A DNA stretch of 64,000 nt from an uncultured Nitrososphaerales archaeon (GCA_963695855.1 CAVOHZ010000002.1:61435-125434); one strand, 5' to 3'; positions 11,998-22,946 are shown, counted from the stretch's first letter. Numbers and translations: made by a program. Notes: a model not told the origin generated them from the letters alone.

Positions 11998-12589
11998 GTC
12001 GTGTAAGGAATTCAATAAAAGTAGCACGCAAAATAGGTTTTTTTGGAATAACAACCAAAATTATCATCTTGAATATTTTATGGAATATCTGAAAGTCAAC
12101 CTTTCTACATTCTTATCGGTAATACCTGTACAGTTCAATCAAAGATAACCATCGATTTACTAAATATACATATTTTGTGCGTGAATTCTATCCAATTGAT
12201 CTAGCATCTAGTATGACAAATAGTAGGGTATATTTTGTCATATGTTGTAATAGTAGAAGTACTTGTATTAGATGCCATTGTAGATCCTTATATTGTCTTT
12301 CTGGAAATCGATCTGGCTGTAAAGACTGCCGATATAATTTTGGTGACTTTACAGATACTTATTTGAGAAATGTTCAAATATCGATGAACACAATCTATTT
12401 TATCTTTTTACATTCAGTGTACCGCCAGACAGAATTAGATTTTAAGTTGCTCCTGTTTATCAACAAAAGAAATAACGTTCAGATCATTAGCATACTCGAT
12501 ATGCAATGAATCTTTAAAGCAGTTAGGCGGTTAAGGTTATCTGGATAGAAATTGATGAAGCATTATTTGGTCTTCATAGAAAAGATGAA

Positions 12590-13060
12590 AAGAAAGATGG
12601 TACGTAGTTGAGTCCAGTTATATACATGTAATATGTTGCATTCATTTTGCAGACATGGATAATAGTCATCAAAATATTCTATTTTATCGTTGAAATACTG
12701 ATTGACTCATTTCATTAGACTTTTCTAAGGAGAATGTAAATAGTGTTTCGATTCATTATGTTGCATGCTTCATCATAGAATATACGTTCATCTGAATTTA
12801 CAGTACTGTTTACATACCTTTGAATCATAGATCTAATGAATTTTTCAGTAACAAGTATTTCTGTCTTGCTAGATTTGTAAATTCAAAGCACATAACTATG
12901 AACTGATTCTATACAAAACCATAGATAAAAGTGCTGACGGCCAATTTGAATAAAAGTTTCATCTATATATAACGAAGGCTTCTACTCTATTCTGTTTATA
13001 AATTTGACAGGACCCAAACATTTGATCATATTAAATAGAGACACATAAATTATTTTTTTA
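12590..13060 (-). pseudogene. Degraded IS6-family transposase
   Basis: Minus-strand fragments IDETFIQIGRQHFYLW and QYFNDKIEYFDDYYPCLQNECNILHVYNW match the intact IS6 transposase at 32065; limits approximate. Confidence 0.85.
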
Positions 13061-13755
13061 TCTTTAAAGGGTATTAAAGGGTATTAAAGTTTAGATGTAT
13101 TACGTATACTTAATTCAAGAAAATATAGATAAAGAATACATTACATAAATAGAACGTTGTTAGATATAGCTTTACTGGTTAACTTAAGAGCCTGTCTATA
13201 ATGTTTTCTAGAGAGCCAAAGTTAGTTTATCTTTTTATAAAGAGAATATAAATTTTATAAATTAAATCAAAAAATTATAAAACAAATCTTGTTTTATTTT
13301 TTGGAATTGGAAACAAATATGTAACTAGGAAGTAAACAAACTAAGTATTTATCTTCATGATTAGAATATCTAAAATCTTATGTAGCAAATTAATATAACA
13401 TTATCTGTACTTATCTTTAGCAATATTAATTGACAAGCATCATGTGATTGGTATATAACTTAAATTTTCAAAACTGGAATATGAAGAGACATACGTGATA
13501 CGGTCACCGGGATTTGAATTTGCCATATATGGGAATTCAGATATCTCGTATTTAGCTTTTTATTAGGAAATAGTTATTTAGATGCGACTAAAACAATATA
13601 GATTATATAGATTTTAAACTATTTTAGTATTACAATAAATTCAAAATAAATTTATCATTTTTATTTAGTTAATGTAAAAGAATTGTTCGATATCTTTAAA
13701 TTAATCCTCACTGTAGCAAAATCCACAAAATCAAGGAATGAATTATGAATAAATA

Positions 13756-15417
13756 TTGGAACAAGAACTGATAGAACTTTTAGTTCTGTTGGGAGGAACA
13801 TTAGTTCTAGCAACTTTTTTTGGAACATATTTAGCTAGAATGATTTCCTATGAAAATAGACCAATAGAAAAGACACTTGCAATAGTTGAAAACAGATTTT
13901 ATCGTCTAATAGGAATAGATGTAACTAAACAAATGACCTGGAAAGAGTACTTTTTTGCTCTTTTCATAACAAACATGATTGTTGTAATAATGTTTACTTT
14001 AATATTTACTTTTCAAGACTACCTTCCTTACTCATCTAATGTAGACCGTTTACCTCTAGATTTTGCCTTTACTACTGCAATATCATTTATTACAGAAACT
14101 AGTCTCCAACACTATATTGGTGAACAACAGCTTTCAATAACGTCACAAATGGTTGCAATAACATTTACATTTTTTGTAGTTCCTGCTTCAGGAATTGCTA
14201 CTGCCTTCGCATTCATTCGTGCATTCATTCGAAAAAATTTTGGTCTTGGAAATTTCTATATTGATTTTACAAGAATAATTATTACCTTTCTTTTGCCTGT
14301 TGCATTTATATCATCACTACTTTTGATGGCAATGGGAGTTCCACAAATATTAGATTCATCAATATCGATAGACACGCTGGAATCTACAATAGAGAATAAT
14401 TCTAGTAATACAAATAATAACAATAATAATGGTAAACAAACTATACCTTTAGGACCTGTAGCATCTCTAGAATCTATAAAATTGATGGGAAATAATGGAG
14501 GTGGTTTTTTTGGTGCCAATTCTGCTCATCCCTTTGAAAATCCTTCAGGCTTATCCAATATGTATGAAATGTTTCTAATGCTAATAATTCCTCTCTCCAT
14601 TCCAATAGCATACGCAAAGTTAGTAGGTCTTGGAAGAGGATTATCTATTCTTGTAACAATGCTGATTGGATTTGGTATCATATTGTCCTTATCTTTATCA
14701 GCAGAAAGTGGTCCTCAACTACTAGAAACACGATTTGATAGTTTTGGTAGTGTTTTGTTTAATCTTGTTTCATCTACAACAGGAACGGGTGCTCTTAATT
14801 CGGCATTGGCTGGAATGTCTTCCAATGCTGTTACTTCATTTTTTCTAGGAATGTTTGTTTCGGCAATCCCAGGACCTGTTGGTGTAGGTTTTATAACTAT
14901 GATAATTTACATCATCCTAACACTCTTTATGGTTGGCTTAATGGTAGGAAAGACACCAGAGTTTATGAGCATGAAGATTAGCCCTCGAGATATTAAATTA
15001 GCTGTACTCATTTTCTTGATTCATCCTATTATTATATTGATACCTACCGTTATTGCATTTGCAACAGGAAATGCACAACAACTAGTTGGAGAGCAAGTAA
15101 CTGCAATGGGATTTACTCAAACTCTATATGAATACACTACATCTGCATCAAATACTGGCTCAGATTACTTTGGAACATCTGCTGATACTCCATTCTGGAA
15201 CTGGTCTACCGTCATTGTTATGTTTCTTGGACGTTTTGTACCACTAGGATTAATGCTATATATTGCTGGGTCATTTACAATCAAAGATAGAAAAGAAGTA
15301 ATAGAACCAATTAAAACTCATGGACCTTTGTTTATCTCTATACTAGTTGTCATGACATTTCTCTTAACAGCACTAGAATTCTTCCCCTTTTTAGTAATGG
15401 GACCAATTTCTACTTAA
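13756..15417 (+). CDS. kdpA: K+-transporting ATPase subunit A, copy 1 (divergent filters)
   Basis: GPVASLESIKLMGNNGGGFFGANSAHPFENP, GLMVGKTPEF, MFLGRF. Confidence 0.92.
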   Translation: MEQELIELLVLLGGTLVLATFFGTYLARMISYENRPIEKTLAIVENRFYRLIGIDVTKQMTWKEYFFALFITNMIVVIMFTLIFTFQDYLPYSSNVDRLPLDFAFTTAISFITETSLQHYIGEQQLSITSQMVAITFTFFVVPASGIATAFAFIRAFIRKNFGLGNFYIDFTRIIITFLLPVAFISSLLLMAMGVPQILDSSISIDTLESTIENNSSNTNNNNNNGKQTIPLGPVASLESIKLMGNNGGGFFGANSAHPFENPSGLSNMYEMFLMLIIPLSIPIAYAKLVGLGRGLSILVTMLIGFGIILSLSLSAESGPQLLETRFDSFGSVLFNLVSSTTGTGALNSALAGMSSNAVTSFFLGMFVSAIPGPVGVGFITMIIYIILTLFMVGLMVGKTPEFMSMKISPRDIKLAVLIFLIHPIIILIPTVIAFATGNAQQLVGEQVTAMGFTQTLYEYTTSASNTGSDYFGTSADTPFWNWSTVIVMFLGRFVPLGLMLYIAGSFTIKDRKEVIEPIKTHGPLFISILVVMTFLLTALEFFPFLVMGPIST

Positions 15418-15548
15418 ATAAAAAGGTGATAAAAATATGAGAAAATCAAAAAATAGTAACAAATTAAGATTTAGAAGGAAAATTAACCAATATGATAGTA
15501 CCATAGTTTTCACATTCATTACTTTCTCAGGTAGGTTATTATAAAATT

Positions 15549-15836
15549 ATGAATGAATCTGAAGTTGAAGTTAATTTAATGTGTCAAAACTGTCAACATA
15601 AAATGTCAATGCATTTACCTAACTGTACTGTATTATCAGATGAGAACTACTCAGCAAAAATTTGTAATTGTAATAAGCCTCAATTTTATAATGTGATAAT
15701 TTCTGGTACATATATAGGTTGGACTCAAATTCACTGTAACAGTTGTGGAAAATTATTAGCATTTATTGATAGCATAAATGAAAATATTGATGATTTTAAA
15801 ATAATGTGTAAACAGTGTATTATCCATAAGTGTTGA
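15549..15836 (+). CDS. Cys-rich putative zinc-binding protein
   Basis: CQNC, CNC, CNSCG and CKQC motifs. Confidence 0.6.
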   Translation: MNESEVEVNLMCQNCQHKMSMHLPNCTVLSDENYSAKICNCNKPQFYNVIISGTYIGWTQIHCNSCGKLLAFIDSINENIDDFKIMCKQCIIHKC

Positions 15837-16174
15837 AGGAAATAAATATTTTAATTGCATAATTTTTTATTATTTACAAGATAATAGAATATTTTTTTAT
15901 TTAAATCAAAGAATCATGCAAAGAAAAATAATAAAAGCCTAATAATTTAATCTTTTTAGCAAAATGTTAATATTTTACACTATAATTAATTCATATAAAG
16001 ATAATCTAAAAATAGAGAATATATAGAATAAAATTGAGGATAATAGTAAAATAGTAAATTTATATAAATCTAATGTAACTATATAGATTGTTGTAGCCAG
16101 AGTTTCGGTATCTATAAATATCTCCAATAATGTAGGAACATCGACAAAATCAAGGAATGAATTATGAATAAATA

Positions 16175-17812
16175 TTGGAACAAGAACTGATAGAACTTAT
16201 AGTTCTGTTGGGAGGAACATTAGTTCTAGCAACTTTTTTTGGAACATATTTAGCTAGAATGATTTCCTATGAAAATAGACCAATAGAAAAGACACTTGCA
16301 ATAGTTGAAAACAGATTTTATCGTCTAATAGGAATAGATGTAAGTAAGCAAATGACCTGGAAAGAGTACTTTTTTGCTTTATTCCTGACCAATATGGTAG
16401 TTATGGTTGTTATATTTTTAATATTTACATTTCAAAATTATCTTCCGTCAGATACTCCTGTAGAAGGTTTTTCAATTGATTTAGCTGTTAATACGGCAGT
16501 TTCATTTATTACAAATACTAATATTCAACATTATGCTGGAGACCAACAACTTTCTATTCTTTCTCAGATGGTTGCATTAACTTTTACTATGTTTGTTGCA
16601 CCAGCTTCTGCTATTGCTGCTGCTTTTGCTTTCATACGTTCTTTTATAAGAAAGAATTTTGGATTAGGTAATTTTTACATGGATTTTATAAGAGTTATTT
16701 TAACATTATTACTGCCAGTCTCATTTGTTTCTGCATTAATTCTTATGATTATGGGGGTTCCACAGACACTAGACTCATCAATAACAATCAATCCATTAGA
16801 ATCGACAATTAATAATAATAGTACAGCTGAACAACAAATAAATATTGGACCAGTTGCCTCTCTTGAGTCAATAAAAGAACTCGGTATGAACGGAGGTGGC
16901 TTTTTTGGATCAAACTCAGGCCATCCCTTTGAAAATCCTTCAGGCTTATCCAATATGTATGAAATGTTTCTAATTCTGGTAATTCCACTTGCATTTCCAA
17001 TAGCACTTGCTAAATTAATAGGAAAAAGACGAGGAATCTCTATTCTTATAACAGTGCTGATTGGATTTGGTGTATTGTTATCCTTATCATTCTCTACTGA
17101 GAGTGGTCCTCTCTTATTGGAGACTCGTTTCGGTAGTTTCGGTAGTGCATTATTTGATACTACATCTATAGCTACAAATACAGGTGCAGCAAATTCCGCA
17201 TTGGCTGGAATGTCCTCCAATGCTGTTACTTCATTTTTCCTGGGAATGTTTATTCAGGCAATGCCAGGAGCACTAGGTATTGGAATAATGACTATTATAA
17301 TCTACATACTTTTGACACTTTTTCTTGTTGGTTTAATGGTAGGAAAAACTCCAGAGTTTATGAGCATGAAGATTAGCCCTCAAGATATTAAATTAGCTGT
17401 ACTCATTTTCTTGAGTCATCCTATTCTTATATTGATACCTACCGTTATTGCATTTGCAACAGGAAATGTTCAGGCACTGGTTGGAGAGCAAGTAACTGCA
17501 ATGGGATTTACTCAAGCTCTATATGAATATACTTCTTCTGCAGCAAACAATGGCTCTGATTACTTTGGAACATCAGCTGATACTCCATTCTGGAATTGGT
17601 CTACCGCCATTGTTATGTTTCTTGGACGTTATGTACCACTAGGATTAATGCTATATATTGCTGGTTCATTTACAATCAAAGATAGAAAAGAAGTAATAGA
17701 ACCAATTAAAACTCATGGACCTTTGTTTATTTCTGTATTGGCTGTAATGATATTTTTATTGGCTGGATTAACTTTCTTTCCCTTTCTGATAATGGGACCA
17801 ATTTCTATCTAA
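16175..17812 (+). CDS. kdpA: K+-transporting ATPase subunit A, copy 2 (near-canonical filters)
   Basis: NTAVSFITNTNIQHY, GMNGGGFF, ANNGSD; directly upstream of kdpB. Confidence 0.95.
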   Translation: MEQELIELIVLLGGTLVLATFFGTYLARMISYENRPIEKTLAIVENRFYRLIGIDVSKQMTWKEYFFALFLTNMVVMVVIFLIFTFQNYLPSDTPVEGFSIDLAVNTAVSFITNTNIQHYAGDQQLSILSQMVALTFTMFVAPASAIAAAFAFIRSFIRKNFGLGNFYMDFIRVILTLLLPVSFVSALILMIMGVPQTLDSSITINPLESTINNNSTAEQQINIGPVASLESIKELGMNGGGFFGSNSGHPFENPSGLSNMYEMFLILVIPLAFPIALAKLIGKRRGISILITVLIGFGVLLSLSFSTESGPLLLETRFGSFGSALFDTTSIATNTGAANSALAGMSSNAVTSFFLGMFIQAMPGALGIGIMTIIIYILLTLFLVGLMVGKTPEFMSMKISPQDIKLAVLIFLSHPILILIPTVIAFATGNVQALVGEQVTAMGFTQALYEYTSSAANNGSDYFGTSADTPFWNWSTAIVMFLGRYVPLGLMLYIAGSFTIKDRKEVIEPIKTHGPLFISVLAVMIFLLAGLTFFPFLIMGPISI

Positions 17813-17820
17813 ATAAAAAG

Positions 17821-20124
17821 GTGATAAAAAATATGAAAATGCAAATAAAAAACAAATTAAAAGATTTGGCAGAGACAATTAATCAATCTGACAATAACAA
17901 TAAGAAGAATGGAAATAATAAAACATTTTTTAATAAACTAGCTAATACTATGAACAAAGCAATATTAGTAGATTCCATAAAGAAACTTAATCCTAAATAC
18001 CTTGCAATAAATAATCCAGTAATGTTTACTGTAGAATTAGGTTTTTTTATAGTATTATTTATTGCAATATTTCCTAACATTTCAGAAACATTTGTTAACC
18101 AAAACCAAATATTTTATATCGAATCTGCAATAATACTGATACTTACTGTATGGTTTGCAACATTTTCTGAATCTTTATCAGAATCTCAAGCAAAGGCAAG
18201 AGTTGATTCTCTTAGAAGTTTGGAAAAAGAAGTAACTGCCCACAAATTAGTCCATGGAAAAGAGAGTCGCGTTACATCATCAAGTTTAAAACCAGGTGAT
18301 GAAGTTCGAGTATATGCTGGCGAAATTATACCTAGAGATGGATTAGTTATTGAAGGTAAAACATTTGTTGATGAGTCAATGATGACAGGAGAGAGTAATC
18401 CAATATTCAAAGAAAAAGATGACCATGTAATAGGTGGAACAAGGGTTACATCAGACAACATAGTAGTAGAAATAACTGCTGAGGCTGGAAGAAGTTTTCT
18501 TGACGAGATGGTCGGTATGATAAAGAATGCAACAAGACCAAAGACTCAAAATGAGATTGCTCTAACAATCTTGTTAGCAGGATTATCACTTATCTTCATA
18601 ACAATAATAGGAACATTACTATTTTTAGGTCATTTTCTAGGGTACAAAACAGACATTGCATCTTTAGTTGCACTTTTAGTTGCTCTAATGCCTACTACCA
18701 TTGGAGCTTTACTTCCTGCTATTGGTGTTGCTGGTATTACAAGAATAGGAAGAGATAACATCATAGCAAAATCCGGAAAAGGAATTGAAGCTGCTGGTGA
18801 TTGTGACGTACTGATACTAGATAAAACAGGGACCATTACAGAGGGCAGTAGAAGAGCAATTTCTTTTATACCAATGCAGGAATATACAGAAGAAGATATA
18901 GGACAGATAGCATTTGCAGCATCTATTCATGATACAACTCATGAAGGAAAATCGATAGTTGATTTAGCTGAAGAAAAAAAGTATTTGCCTCCTTTGCTAG
19001 AACAAATAATAACTGCAAAACCAATAGATTTCTCTGCTGAAACAAGAGTAAGTGGACTTGAATTTATTTTACATAAACAAAGAATTAATTTGAATAAAGA
19101 ACAAGAAGAAGAATTTAGAGATATAGCAAAAACAGTACAAGATAAAACTCGTATACAGGATTCTTTATCAGTAGACACGATAGAAAAAGCTATTGATGAA
19201 TCAAGCAAAAGCAAAATACACGATATACTATTGCATTTAACACAATCAGGTAAACCAATTAGAATCCTAAAAGGAGCTGTGAATGTCCTCTTAGAAAGAG
19301 CTAATCTACAAACTAATAAAGCCGAAATCAAGTGGAAGGCCCAGGAGATATCCAAACAAGGTGCTACACCTATAGCAGTATCACTCAACGATGAAATAAT
19401 AGGTTTAATAGTTCTAAAAGATAATCTAAAAGAAAACATCAGAGAAAACCTTGCAGAAGTTCATGCTACAGGTATAAGTACAATTATGATTACAGGTGAC
19501 AACAGACTAACAGCTGAAGTAATTGCTAAAGAAGCAAACGTTAATGAGGTAATGGCAGAAGCAAAACCTACTGATAAATTAACGAGAGTAATAGAAGAGC
19601 AACAAAAAGGACATATAATAGGTATGGTAGGTGATGGAGCAAATGACGCACCTGCGCTTGCAAAAGCAGATATTGGGTTGGCAATGAATAGTGGAACTGC
19701 TGCTGCTAAGGAAGCAGCCAACATGGTTGACCTGGATTCAGACCCATCAAATATACTAAAAGTTGTAAAACTTGGAAAGCAATTGCTGATGACCAGAGGA
19801 GTTATAACTACATTTAGTATAGCCAATGATGTTGCTAAATATTTTGCAATATTACCAGCAATGTTTATGGAAAATAATCCTACAATAGCCGCACTCAATA
19901 TAATGCAATTACACAGTCCTCAAACTGCAATACTATCGACTTTAATATTTAATGCCATTATCATACCAGGACTTATTCCTATTTCATTAAAAGGAATCAA
20001 ATTCAAGGCAGAATCACTAGAAAAAATATTTGTAAAGAATCTCGTTGTATATGGAATAGGTGGAGCAGTATTGCCTTTTGTTGGAATTAAGGTAATCGAT
20101 ATTCTGCTATCTCTTTTTATTTAA
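17821..20124 (+). CDS. kdpB: K+-transporting P-type ATPase subunit B
   Basis: TGES, PTTIG, DKTGT, MITGDN, GDGANDAPAL, TTFSIANDVAKYF; true start may be ATG 17833. Confidence 0.96.
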   Translation: MIKNMKMQIKNKLKDLAETINQSDNNNKKNGNNKTFFNKLANTMNKAILVDSIKKLNPKYLAINNPVMFTVELGFFIVLFIAIFPNISETFVNQNQIFYIESAIILILTVWFATFSESLSESQAKARVDSLRSLEKEVTAHKLVHGKESRVTSSSLKPGDEVRVYAGEIIPRDGLVIEGKTFVDESMMTGESNPIFKEKDDHVIGGTRVTSDNIVVEITAEAGRSFLDEMVGMIKNATRPKTQNEIALTILLAGLSLIFITIIGTLLFLGHFLGYKTDIASLVALLVALMPTTIGALLPAIGVAGITRIGRDNIIAKSGKGIEAAGDCDVLILDKTGTITEGSRRAISFIPMQEYTEEDIGQIAFAASIHDTTHEGKSIVDLAEEKKYLPPLLEQIITAKPIDFSAETRVSGLEFILHKQRINLNKEQEEEFRDIAKTVQDKTRIQDSLSVDTIEKAIDESSKSKIHDILLHLTQSGKPIRILKGAVNVLLERANLQTNKAEIKWKAQEISKQGATPIAVSLNDEIIGLIVLKDNLKENIRENLAEVHATGISTIMITGDNRLTAEVIAKEANVNEVMAEAKPTDKLTRVIEEQQKGHIIGMVGDGANDAPALAKADIGLAMNSGTAAAKEAANMVDLDSDPSNILKVVKLGKQLLMTRGVITTFSIANDVAKYFAILPAMFMENNPTIAALNIMQLHSPQTAILSTLIFNAIIIPGLIPISLKGIKFKAESLEKIFVKNLVVYGIGGAVLPFVGIKVIDILLSLFI

Positions 20125-20149
20125 TAATGGAGGAGATTGAGAAAAATAA

Positions 20150-20686
20150 ATGATAAATAATAATAACAATAATAACAATAATAATAAAACACGAATTAGA
20201 AATTTCCTTTCAAATAATTTACCTCCATCAATTAGAATAGTCATACTGATGATGCTTGTAACAGGAATTGCATATCCTATTTCACTTGTATTTATTGGAG
20301 AAATAGCTCTGCCATATCAATCCCATGGAAGTCAAATCATTTGGAATGACAAAGTTATAGGCTCTGAACTCATAGCTCAAGAATTTACGTCCCCAAAGTT
20401 CTTTCATAGTAGGCCAGCAACTGATTCAGCTTCTACAGTAGACCCACATATAACACCTGAATCTGCATATCAACAAATATCAAATGTAAGTAAAGCTACA
20501 AGCATTCCAGAAAATGCATTGAAAACTATAATTGACCTTAATATAGAAAGAAATAAGGTAAGTAATTTAATCGTGTTCGCTCCAAATTATGTGAATGTAC
20601 TGGAAGTAAATTTAGAATTGGTAAAACAGTATCCTGAAAGCTATTACACAAAAACAGAATTAGAACAAAATACATTTATGTCCTAG
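20150..20686 (+). CDS. kdpC: K+-transporting ATPase subunit C
   Basis: TGIAYP, GSELIAQEF, FHSRP, DPHITPESA, VNVLEVNL. Confidence 0.9.
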   Translation: MINNNNNNNNNNKTRIRNFLSNNLPPSIRIVILMMLVTGIAYPISLVFIGEIALPYQSHGSQIIWNDKVIGSELIAQEFTSPKFFHSRPATDSASTVDPHITPESAYQQISNVSKATSIPENALKTIIDLNIERNKVSNLIVFAPNYVNVLEVNLELVKQYPESYYTKTELEQNTFMS

Positions 20687-20698
20687 GTGGTGATATAG

Positions 20699-20785
20699 TT
20701 GGAAGTAATAGTCTATACTTTTATTTCATTTCTTGTAATATCTTCAATATTCTTATGTTATAGCTTTATTGAGGCAAAAAAATAA
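20699..20785 (+). CDS. KdpF-like 28-aa membrane peptide (not in ORF track)
   Basis: TTG-start MEVIVYTFISFLVISSIFLCYSFIEAKK; preceded by AGGTGGTGA Shine-Dalgarno-like sequence, 12 nt after the kdpC stop. Confidence 0.55.
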   Translation: MEVIVYTFISFLVISSIFLCYSFIEAKK

Positions 20786-20926
20786 ATACAAATATTACAT
20801 GTAATTACCAGGATTTAAATTTCCATATGGAAATTGACATATCTTGTATTTAGCTTTTTATTAGGAAACCATAAGTCTTCTCAGGACCTGTGTCATTGAT
20901 TTCAGCTTTAATCTTGAATTGTTATG

Positions 20927-21049
20927 AGTTCAACAGACACTTGATTCATCAATAACAATCACTCCCTTAGAATCTACAATTAATAACGGCAATAATACAA
21001 CAACAGTAAGAGAACAGACAACAACGATAGGACCTGTTGCCTCTTTATA
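20927..21049 (+). pseudogene. kdpA: Third kdpA fragment
   Basis: Translates VQQTLDSSITITPLESTINNGNNTTTVREQTTTIGPVASL*, homologous to the loop preceding filter 2 in both kdpA copies. Confidence 0.85.
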
Positions 21050-21140
21050 ATAAATTTTTAAGCATATTGGTGAAGTAAATGCAAGACAGATAAAAAAAGT
21101 AAATTTACAATTAAAAAGATGATTATATAGGACAGCTTGT

Positions 21141-22262
21141 TTACATACCACCGCCACCGTTCATTGACATACCACCACCACCGTTCATTGACATATTCAT
21201 TGAATTAGAACCCATCATAGAACCAGTATTGGTAGCATTTTTAGAGGGAGAAAGAGTGAATGTCATTTCGTTTTTCACATTTTGATTATTTTTACTAATA
21301 CTAGTACCATCATCATTCTGTACTATTTTCTGAGCAATATTCAGAATATCAGGTTTTGTTAACATGACATGAACTATGTCTTTAGAGGAATTTGTTCTAT
21401 CTACCATTATTGATTTAGGAGACAAATCAATATTATTGATAGTACCTGTATATCCGTTGGCAGCTAAAGGACTAGGATTTGGAATGGATAATTCCTCGTG
21501 AACATACACAGTCACTTTTTTTAACCTGTCAAGATTCCAATCAAAAGGCATTGCAAATTTTAATTCATTATTAGGAGAATCATAGTTGAAATTATTTAAT
21601 TCGTCATAATATGAAATTGCTTGTATTGGATAAGATGTTCCGTTAATTTCAATATTCTTATCTATTGAATAACCTACACTAAGCCAGCCTTCATACACAG
21701 GCTGTTTATCTGTTGGAAGCATGGTTGTGTCAAAATCAAGTGTTACTATAGTGACAATAAAGTGATATAGTCCTCCCTCGGCAAATATTGGACCTGTTGC
21801 AGATACAAGATGTTCCATATCGCCAGTATAAGCTCCCATAATAGGGTCTTGTTCCCCATATATTATAATGTGATCAGCACTAGAAGGTTTCATCTGTATT
21901 CCTAGATTGCCTGTATGAGAATGAAAAGTATCTAATAATAGACGCTTTCCACTTTTTTCAATCTCTATTAGATATGTTACATGGTTTATACTTTTATTAG
22001 TAGCTTTATCATCTAGTTTGAATTGAATTAAAGGATTTTGACCACCTTTTAAAGTCTCTGTTGTAACTACAGGAGGCCACATCTTTATCAATAGTGAAAG
22101 GTCCCTTCCAGCCACGGATGCTGATAATTCTTCCATAAACAAACCATCTCCAAATATGGGAATAGATGGAAATGAGATAGTAACAAATAGCAGAGGAAGA
22201 ATAGCAAATAAAATAGAGATTATAAATCTATTAGTTTTCATAATGGTAGTAATAATAATCAT
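21141..22262 (-). CDS. Exported thaumarchaeal protein with Met/Gly-rich tail (possible copper binding)
   Basis: Signal/TM segment, FHSH motif, C-terminal SMMGSNSMNMSMNGGGGMSMNGGGGM. Confidence 0.7.
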   Translation of the reverse strand: MIIITTIMKTNRFIISILFAILPLLFVTISFPSIPIFGDGLFMEELSASVAGRDLSLLIKMWPPVVTTETLKGGQNPLIQFKLDDKATNKSINHVTYLIEIEKSGKRLLLDTFHSHTGNLGIQMKPSSADHIIIYGEQDPIMGAYTGDMEHLVSATGPIFAEGGLYHFIVTIVTLDFDTTMLPTDKQPVYEGWLSVGYSIDKNIEINGTSYPIQAISYYDELNNFNYDSPNNELKFAMPFDWNLDRLKKVTVYVHEELSIPNPSPLAANGYTGTINNIDLSPKSIMVDRTNSSKDIVHVMLTKPDILNIAQKIVQNDDGTSISKNNQNVKNEMTFTLSPSKNATNTGSMMGSNSMNMSMNGGGGMSMNGGGGM

Positions 22263-22946
22263 TTATAGTATTATAATATTATTGTTATAGAACCTTGTCA
22301 AATCTTCGGTTTATCTATATTTGATACTTGAAATAAAGGTGTCAAAAGTAGATTGATATTATTTATTACAAATGCAAACAGTTGAAGCTGGGCCATAATT
22401 CGGTTAGTAAAAGCTCAATAAATAATAAATAAAAAGTTTTTTCTAATTCTGTCTTTATAAGTTTATTCTAATTCTGTCTTTATGTATGATAATTGCAGGA
22501 TTGTAGTACTAAGCAAACAAGAAAAGAGACAGAACAAAAAAACATCATTGTATAACCAGTTTCAGACTATTGCTATCAAATGAGTTCTATTATTAGAAAA
22601 TTAAATCCATAGGCCAAAGATATAAAATTGAAAATAGATAGATTTACTGAAACATTTTTGAATGAGCTATTACCTCTGGTATTTCTATTGTCATGTATTC
22701 CTTACATTTTTGGTTGTCCGGAGTAATTTATAAAAAACCAACAAATTTTTTGGCTTGAGTATAAAGTACATCTAAACCTAATACGTCTTCTTTTATAAGA
22801 CCATTTATTCTAGTAAGCCTAAACTTTCATCTTCATTATCGTGTCATTGTATGTTAATTCAAATAACCTTTATTTGTCTGAACATACAAAAAATATATGT
22901 TATTTTATTTTGTAGTTGAAAGATTCTAAAAGCAGAAGATATAGCT

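Noticed and set aside
12177-12509. Cys-rich 110-aa ORF
   Set aside because: Lies in degraded IS-like DNA; probably spurious
1119-19898. Antisense or alternate-frame ORFs overlapping mqn, HMG-CoA synthase, mscL, transposase and kdp genes (e.g. 4829-5242, 16675-17220, 18939-19439, 19461-19898)
   Set aside because: Shadow ORFs of well-supported genes, with no motifs of their own
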